In this document: one piece after another, positions 25,571-32,000 of the stretch
Numbering within the stretch: position 1 is the stretch's first letter
Layout of the letters: each line of letters starts with the position of its first letter
Assembly (NCBI GenBank): GCA_024275415.1
Contig: JAJRZD010000058.1
Span: 2,062-34,061, forward strand
Source: an archaeon
GTDB taxonomy: Archaea; Asgardarchaeota; Thorarchaeia; Thorarchaeales; Thorarchaeaceae
DNA length: 32,000 bases
Direction: 5' to 3'
Position numbers and translations under genes: made by a program
The notes under the pieces: model-generated
The model's database searches: none
Told to the model about the DNA's origin: nothing
Seen by the model: only the letters and a program-made list of their open reading frames with translations

Positions 25571-27561
25571 ATTCCATTTTCAAATTTTATAATCCATACA
25601 ATTTTGTTAGACCTATTAGAAAGAGGGATTCATCATCTATCGATAAGGATTCGATTCTGATGGATAGATGCCCACCACCGCCCCATGATCGGTACATCAG
25701 CTATACAGGTCGAATTCAGTGCAGGCTTGAAGTGAAAACACCATTACTTATTGGTATGTATAAGGATTCTGACATGCCAAATAATAGTGCAAGAAGAATC
25801 GAATTCTTCAAGATGAAGAGATCAGATGGCAAGCTCACACCGACAATTCCTTCCTCATCTCTCCGAGGAGTGATCAGGTCAGTATTCGAGGCAGCTACGA
25901 ACTCATGCTTTGCCATCTTCGATGACTCAAGACTATTCAAGAGGATGAAGCCGGAAAAAAGCTTGGAGTTCATCCCAGCTAGACTAGAAAGGAACGGAAA
26001 TAGTTGGATTGCCAGATTGTTCAGGGGGCCCAGAACAAAAACTGACGATGATCACCTTCAATATGCAGCGTGGATTAAAGCGTACAAAGATGAGGCGACA
26101 CACCAAAGAGCTGATAGATATCAAAAAAGGCCAAAAATAAGAGAACTAAAAGATTTCAAGCATGGCGAAAAATGTTATGCGATAATAGAGAATAAAGAAT
26201 ACTCTCGAGGACGATTTTGTTTTCATAACGTGATATCTTTGCACAATACTCAACCCGAAAAGGTTGATAATGATCAGTATTGTGTAGAAGGGTATGTTTA
26301 CAATAAAGGCAAGAATATTAGACGTAAGCATGACGAACGATTCTTTTTCCCTGCAGATAGTAAGGAAATATGTGAAATATCTGAAGGAGTAATTGCAGAC
26401 TACAAGAAGCTTCTTGATGAACGTGAGAACAAAGAAAAGCTGTTTAATGGTAGCTTGGTATGGGTGAAACCGAGCGAGAATGAAAAAGAAGTAGATGCAA
26501 TTATCCCCGTTGCAATATCCAAGATTCGTTATCACAAGTCCAGAGGTGACCTTCTTGCGCAGTATGACCTTTTGAATTGCACAGACATCTCTAAACTATG
26601 TCCAGCTTGTCGGGTTTTCGGATGGGTACCTGTAACAGATCAACAAACAGATTTGCGAGATTCTGGATTCAAGGGGAGAGTTGGTTTCAATCATGCATTT
26701 CTAAAAGATCAGAAGCATTTGAAGAAAGAGGAATTGATACTTACCTTAGCGAGTCCTAAGCCTACAGCGAAGTCGTTCTATTTGTTAGATGATGAAACAC
26801 CTTCAGGTCAAGTGGATTACGATTCACATAGTGCATCAATTCGTGGTAGGAAATTCTTCCTTCATCACAAGAGATTCACATTCCCGCAAGGAAAAAGTAA
26901 ACCTAACGAAAAAACCGATACAATCATCACGGAATTCGTTGGCTACAAAGCTGATTTTGATTTCGTAGTTGAGTTCGAAAATCTAGCTGCTGTTGAACTC
27001 GGTGCTTTGGTTTGGGCGCTCACACTTGAAGAGGGAATGTATCACCGACTTGGTATGGCGAAAGCTTATGGATTTGGTAGTGTAAGGATATCCATCAAGG
27101 AGGATGGTCTTATACTATATGACATGCGGAGTAGATACACTAGCTCCAAAAAAGTGCTGAACCAACCTGCCGATTCGAGATCATTCATTCAGTCGTTCAA
27201 GAAGGCTATGAAGAAACTATATGGTGAATTTGATGAGCTGGGTAATATCAAGGATTTGAAATCTATCCTATCAGGTCCAGATGATGATATTCCCATTCAT
27301 TATCCGAGATGTAAGAGGGAATACTCGGATGACAATAAGGGCTATGAATGGTTTATGGCTGCAAAGAAACACAAGGGAGTATTATCAAAAGCAGTCCCTT
27401 TGAAACCGCTTGATTCTAAACCGTGTCGAGAAGAACAGAATAAAAAATCACAAAATAAAACAAAGAGAGGGGCACGAACACGTGGACATAAATCCAAAGA
27501 CAAGCAAAAGGGTGGAACTAGAAAAAAGAAGGGCCGACATTCATGGCAGACTCGGAGATAG
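25567..27561 (+). CDS. cas7: Cas7 with large insertion (terminal type III-D RAMP subunit)
   Basis: FYNPYNFV, IPSSSLRGVIRSVFEAATNSC, CPACRVFG, GRKFFLH and LGMAKAYGFGS; basic C-terminal tail. Confidence 0.9.
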   Translation: MNSIFKFYNPYNFVRPIRKRDSSSIDKDSILMDRCPPPPHDRYISYTGRIQCRLEVKTPLLIGMYKDSDMPNNSARRIEFFKMKRSDGKLTPTIPSSSLRGVIRSVFEAATNSCFAIFDDSRLFKRMKPEKSLEFIPARLERNGNSWIARLFRGPRTKTDDDHLQYAAWIKAYKDEATHQRADRYQKRPKIRELKDFKHGEKCYAIIENKEYSRGRFCFHNVISLHNTQPEKVDNDQYCVEGYVYNKGKNIRRKHDERFFFPADSKEICEISEGVIADYKKLLDERENKEKLFNGSLVWVKPSENEKEVDAIIPVAISKIRYHKSRGDLLAQYDLLNCTDISKLCPACRVFGWVPVTDQQTDLRDSGFKGRVGFNHAFLKDQKHLKKEELILTLASPKPTAKSFYLLDDETPSGQVDYDSHSASIRGRKFFLHHKRFTFPQGKSKPNEKTDTIITEFVGYKADFDFVVEFENLAAVELGALVWALTLEEGMYHRLGMAKAYGFGSVRISIKEDGLILYDMRSRYTSSKKVLNQPADSRSFIQSFKKAMKKLYGEFDELGNIKDLKSILSGPDDDIPIHYPRCKREYSDDNKGYEWFMAAKKHKGVLSKAVPLKPLDSKPCREEQNKKSQNKTKRGARTRGHKSKDKQKGGTRKKKGRHSWQTRR

Positions 27562-28026
27562 ATATTCTCTCATGTTCGTTTCTTGTGTAGAGGTGGTTTA
27601 GGAATAGAGATGAATCATCCTGCAAAAAGAAAGCAATTCATTCAAGAAATGAGATGAATTCTGTAAGTAGGGAAATTGCCATCTCGGTGAATGTTGATGC
27701 TGTTATCATCGAGAATAAGTCAATCCTGATGTGTGTGAGGCAATATGGCTTCTTGCACCTGTGATAAGGTTCCCTATAAGACTGACCACTCGGCTGTTGG
27801 AGTCTGATGTGGCGTGTCCTTCCAATCGATATTCATCTAGAGTCGGTCATGGTAATCGATCTCTCGAACTCCATAATGGTTCCCTCTTTAGATTGCTATA
27901 ATACTACATAGAAGGAATCCTTGACATTTTTGTCAACCAATTAGGTGCCTTTTTTAAAATGCAAATTTGTCCATGTAAATCTTAAAAGATTTCACACCAT
28001 ATATAGGTTGGAGGGAATTCAACGCA

Positions 28027-28338
28027 GTGACTAGAAGGTTTTTATTTAATTTACCCAATGGCAGAACGATGGGCATGGTTCTTCAGTGGAAATATGTGCC
28101 ATATTATGAAGAATTGCGGGATTGGTTCTTGAACAACTGGGATGAACAGCAGGAAGAGGAATATAGAAAACGCCAACGTGCGAGGGGTTTGGAGGAGGAT
28201 ATGATTGGAATAAGCAAAGAGGCGATACGTAGATTCTACGAGGCTGCAGACCGACTGGTAGAGGCTGGAACAAAACCAAAACACCCTATTGGCTGGGCAC
28301 TGGACAAGGTACAAGAATTTCTGGACGAAGAAGACTAG
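28027..28338 (+). CDS. Hypothetical protein (103 aa)
   Basis: GGAGG site upstream; helical charged composition; family not recognised. Confidence 0.6.
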   Translation: MTRRFLFNLPNGRTMGMVLQWKYVPYYEELRDWFLNNWDEQQEEEYRKRQRARGLEEDMIGISKEAIRRFYEAADRLVEAGTKPKHPIGWALDKVQEFLDEED

Positions 28339-28439
28339 TACTCCTATAACGGGGCTTCGAATGAAGCCCACTGTTCTTTTTTTGATCAATTCTTCTAAAT
28401 ATGAAGGGCAAAGCATTCCTGTACGGCGTACCTGCATTG

Positions 28440-28778
28440 TACTAGATGTTTGTGGGGTCGTGTCAGTCCCTCAATTCTATCATAGATATAGTCAGTAGAG
28501 ATGATCGTATGGTCGGGATCGTCCTCACTGAGTGAAATTTCGGCATAGATCGCATCAAAGATTGACCCCAGTTGACAGTTACCAAGGAGGGGCAATGCTG
28601 CTAACTGACGCTCAATGGTGGAGGGAGTCATCAATATATTGGGGAATGCAATGAGATGGCTTATCACATATCGAACTGGCTTCACACCAGGGAGGGGTTA
28701 GAGAACAGACGAGTCGCAGGAGTTTTCAGAAGTCCTCTTATAGAATGTTAGGAACATGTCATTCTCAATTAGAATCAT
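28440..28778 (-). pseudogene. vapC: Disrupted VapC/PIN toxin
   Basis: MILIENDMFL start overlaps the antitoxin stop; SIFDAIYA...IISTDYIYDRIEGL lies in another frame; stops and frameshifts in between. Confidence 0.7.
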
Positions 28779-29007
28779 GGTCTTTCCTCGTCCACCTCTC
28801 AGACACGTTTCTAGCAGTCCCGACTTCTGCTTGTGCAGGAAGACCAGATATGGATTCGTCGATATACAGTTCTGGTTTCTTGGACGACACTGGAAAGAGA
28901 ATGTGATATGACCCAAGAGATAGGATAAGGAAAGTGTCACCTTCCACTCCAGACTTCTTTGGTATCCTAATGCGCCGTTGGCCGTCCAAACGAACTCGAA
29001 CCATCAA
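28765..29007 (-). CDS. AbrB/MazE/SpoVT-type antitoxin
   Basis: VRVRLDGQRRIRIPK...DTFLI...ILFP is an AbrB fold signature; precedes the PIN remnant. Confidence 0.75.
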   Translation of the reverse strand: MMVRVRLDGQRRIRIPKKSGVEGDTFLILSLGSYHILFPVSSKKPELYIDESISGLPAQAEVGTARNVSERWTRKDHDSN

Positions 29008-29090
29008 GATGCATACCTCGGATACATAATATGGCAGACATGGTTTAAGGCTCTGGACGAATTACGTGAAAAATGGATTAGATATCTGTG

Positions 29091-29127
29091 TTCTGTCCAA
29101 TTAATAGAATTCTGTCCAATTTTGTCC
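29091..29127. repeat. Short direct repeats upstream of the AbrB gene
   Basis: TTCTGTCCAATT at 29091-29102 and 29110-29121, plus a partial TTGTCC at 29122-29127. Confidence 0.5.
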
Positions 29128-29478
29128 GAGTTCTTGCGAATATCAAGAGCCCGCTCATTGGTATATTCAAAATCGCGAGGTCACACTAGATAGCCTTCTA
29201 GAGAACATAGGCGTGTTTTGCCGGTCAGATTTGAAAGGTATCGGAACATCATAACGTCAATGTCAGCTCAAGCCTGTGTTCAAAGCGAGTCAATCATGTA
29301 AGGGGTTTATTTGTGAAGTCTGAACCACGGTTTCTCATGAACCCAACTTTACTGAATTGAAAACAACAAACTTAATCTACAAGTAATGAGAATCAAGTAA
29401 GATGTAGGAAACGCTGTGTCCCTGAAAGGTTTGTTGATGAATCTTTAACTGAATGACATGGCAGATGGTGGGGATACC

Positions 29479-29919
29479 ATGCAGAAAACTAGGTTGGTCT
29501 TAGACACATCAGTGTTCATGTTGGGAGGGTCGAATTTCACATTCCGCCAGATAGAATCCAAGCTTGCAGAGAACACTCATGTCTTCGTATTTCTTACATG
29601 TGTGCGAAAGGAGTTGACGAAAAAAGCTGATGAGGGGTCTTCTGATGCCGTTGCGGGTCTGAAGCGTCTTGAAAGAATAACAAGACTATATACAGGTGCT
29701 ACCGAAGTGCTCTACGTCCAGCAGACCTATGCGGACGACCCGATATATGGATATCTTGCAAGGTGTACTGAAGCTACAGAATTCATAAGCAGAGATAGAG
29801 AACTCAAGCAGCGAGTCTATGACCTTAGAAATCCGCATGTCAGAGTATTCGACATTACTAGAAACGGGAAAATCCTCGAATTCGACCCTGATTGGAGACC
29901 TTATAGTAGATTCACGTAG
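29479..29919 (+). CDS. PIN-domain protein (Fcf1/Utp24-like subgroup)
   Basis: LVLDTSVF, TCVRKEL, ADDPI and FISRDRELKQR. Confidence 0.75.
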   Translation: MQKTRLVLDTSVFMLGGSNFTFRQIESKLAENTHVFVFLTCVRKELTKKADEGSSDAVAGLKRLERITRLYTGATEVLYVQQTYADDPIYGYLARCTEATEFISRDRELKQRVYDLRNPHVRVFDITRNGKILEFDPDWRPYSRFT

Positions 29920-30376
29920 TTGTTCCCGTTCCGGCATAAGGACACTTGCGTTCAGGCTCACAGGGCAAATGGATACAATCACGCCCTCATCCTCAACGGA
30001 CTTGTGAAAAACCCGAAAGAACACACCTCGTGGAGGTATGAGAACCTTCACCCATACTCTCCATCGGAAACCGCCTTGAGCCAAACCGTTTTTCTTCCGT
30101 GTGAGAAACAGTACATGAGATGTTTGCCTGTATGAAACGATTGATGGGATCATGGAAAGAGTGGCAGAACCATGATACGTCTCTCATCCAGCCAAGAAAT
30201 CTGCACAGAACCGAGTATGTATTATTAGGGGTAATCTCCAGAGCATTGTTGTAGGAGTCGAGGAAATGACCATGGTGAATATTGTAATCCTCATGTTTTG
30301 GTTGTTGGTACTAGTCCCCCTTTCACAGTGCATAAGGGTTGACAGGTCTGAAGTCCAATCTCGGGATTCAACAGGT

Positions 30377-31038
30377 ATGAAACACGAATTCCATGGGACA
30401 GCCAAAGGAGAGATATTGGAGGTGTTTGTCAAACAAAATGAAAGGTGGCTTCCATCCGACAAGATTTGGTCAAACACCAAGCTGAGTACAAGGGAGTTTT
30501 CCGAGGCGCTTGAAGAACTTCTCAAGCTAGAGATACTTTCATACAATCATGAATCAGGCTATTATAGAATCAAAGATATTACCTATAGAGAATATCAGGC
30601 ATATCATGGGAATTCTGAGGAATTCGAATATTACAGGCTGCTAGAAGATGACTCTGATGCAGAACGTACAGAACAACACAAGTATCGCACTGCCAGAGGT
30701 GAATATGTCCGCTCACAAGACGAAGTAATTATTGCAGACACATTGAACGAGATGGGTATCCAGTACGAATATGAGAAGCGGCTTTTTCATCCAGAGATAC
30801 GAGAGATGATACTACCTGATTTCACAGTTATCTGGAACGGACAGATATTCTTCTGGGAACATTTAGGAATGATCAAGGATGCTGAGTACAGACAGAAATG
30901 GGAAATAAGAAAGAAGTGGTATCACGAAGCCGGTTTGGGCAGCAACTAATCACATCAAGGCCAGGACCAGATGGGAAATTCAGCCCTGATGATGTGAAAC
31001 GTGTCGTACGAGAACACATTTCGGATGAGATCAAATAG
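30377..31038 (+). pseudogene. Putative wHTH + restriction-endonuclease-like (Vsr/PD-(D/E)xK) protein with a 3' frameshift
   Basis: RTARGEYVRSQDEVIIADTL...YEYE...PDFTV...WEHLGM motif; after the TAA at 30947 the natural C-terminus (LITS...DVKRVV) continues in another frame to TAG at 31038. Confidence 0.65.
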
Positions 31039-31048
31039 ATGAGAGGTC

Positions 31049-32000
31049 TTATTCTATTCCTGATGCAAGCGTATGAGGATCCTTCCTAACTCTAATGGTA
31101 CTGTCGGCAACCCTCTCAAACTCCATATCGTGAGTCACTATCAACATCTGTTTCGCGGGATGCAGATACTCCATGGTGTCGATCAACTCTCTTCTGCCAA
31201 CATCATCCAAGTGGACTGTTGGTTCATCTAACATCAGGAGGTCAGACCCTGCCAATGCCCTAGCAAGTCCTATTCGGATAGCCAGACTTGCGAGAACTTG
31301 TTCGCCACCAGATAGTCCATCCATTGGCTCTAATGACCCAAAACGTGAGATTTCTAGGTCATGGTTCTCACTGATTCGTATCCTGTCATACTCGTGCGAG
31401 TCCAATAGCTTTCGGAATATCTCGGATGCATGTATTGATGCATTGACGACATGCCTATGACGAAGATATGGTTGTATCTCGCGATAGAATTGCTTTAGCA
31501 CGCTCATCATCCGATGATGTCTTTGTGCCTCTTTTTCATGGGTACTTGCTTGCTTCAATGCATTCACAGCGTTTTCTGCTCTATCGAAATCGTTGACTGC
31601 GCGGGGAATCAGTTCGTTTTCAATCACTCTGATTTCAGTTTCATAGCCGCCAATCTCATTAGAGATTGAACCAAGTTTCCTTGACAATAGATCATATTGG
31701 TCCTCATCATATTCTTCAAGAATCTTTTCTTGTAAGGTGGTTTCTTTTTTGAGCGCGCGTTTGGTATCGTCAATTGATTCAATAACCTTAGAATGCTGGT
31801 TTAGGACGGTTACAAGTTTGGAGATCATATCAATCTGATCTTCGAGTTTGCTGATCTTATTGTCAAATTTGTCAATGGATTTAGACTTCACCTTTGATTC
31901 TAGACTTGCAAGTTCCTGTATGACTTTTTTGCGTTTGTTCTCGAGTTCTTTTATGTTATCCATCTCTTTCAGACCTTGTTCAACCTTGGCAGAAATACTA
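31049..32000 (-). CDS. rad50: Rad50/SbcC SMC-family ATPase, C-terminal part (5' end outside window)
   Basis: Coiled coil followed by LSGGE signature, LLMLDEPT Walker B/D-loop and VTHD H-loop; frame is open to 32000. Confidence 0.88.
   Translation of the reverse strand, partial: SISAKVEQGLKEMDNIKELENKRKKVIQELASLESKVKSKSIDKFDNKISKLEDQIDMISKLVTVLNQHSKVIESIDDTKRALKKETTLQEKILEEYDEDQYDLLSRKLGSISNEIGGYETEIRVIENELIPRAVNDFDRAENAVNALKQASTHEKEAQRHHRMMSVLKQFYREIQPYLRHRHVVNASIHASEIFRKLLDSHEYDRIRISENHDLEISRFGSLEPMDGLSGGEQVLASLAIRIGLARALAGSDLLMLDEPTVHLDDVGRRELIDTMEYLHPAKQMLIVTHDMEFERVADSTIRVRKDPHTLASGIE

Noticed and set aside
20517-26535. Numerous antisense and alternate-frame ORFs over the cas genes and other long CDSs
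   Set aside because: Shadow frames of well-supported genes, with no motifs of their own.
27562-28026. Expected CRISPR array or leader after the last cas gene (also checked 13990-14340, 15320-15720 and 29010-29450)
   Set aside because: No regularly spaced 25-40 bp repeats were seen.
29920-30187. Possible TnpB remnant on the minus strand (SHTSTRC)
   Set aside because: Only a few residues resemble the TSxxC motif; no RuvC or complete zinc-finger motif.
30266-30376. Hydrophobic N-terminal extension of the 30266 ORF as a signal peptide
   Set aside because: An exported nucleic-acid nuclease with a wHTH is unlikely; ATG at 30377 is the more plausible start.
1-32000. tRNA or rRNA genes
   Set aside because: No cloverleaf or rRNA signature was recognised by eye; tRNAscan-SE and barrnap would settle it.

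Overview
Archaeal DNA, most likely an Asgard archaeon (inferred from a Rab-like small GTPase at the left edge that the ORF track missed). The window is a decaying defence island flanked by that GTPase and a Rad50-like ATPase. Its core is an apparently intact type III-D CRISPR effector operon (19.8-27.6 kb). The gene set is HD-less Cas10 with GGDD, a Cas7-Cas5(-Cas11-like) fusion, a Cas7-Cas7 fusion, Csx19 and Cas7-with-insertion, which matches the III-Dv layout. Upstream sit a CARF-wHTH regulator, a viperin-like remnant and a coupled three-gene block: a DHH phosphoesterase plus two unrecognised ~375-400 aa proteins that each end in a divergent CARF-like fold. That block is the best candidate for an undescribed system. 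No CRISPR array, cas1/cas2 or intact cas6 is visible. The left half holds a convergent restriction endonuclease/N4-N6 methylase pair, a decayed copy of that methylase interrupted by an IS607-like miniature element, a GIY-YIG nuclease, NYN and PIN/VapBC modules, an IS903-group IS5 element and several MITEs. The IS and one MITE may delimit an 8.2-kb composite transposon. All calls come from reading motifs by eye; no database searches were run.
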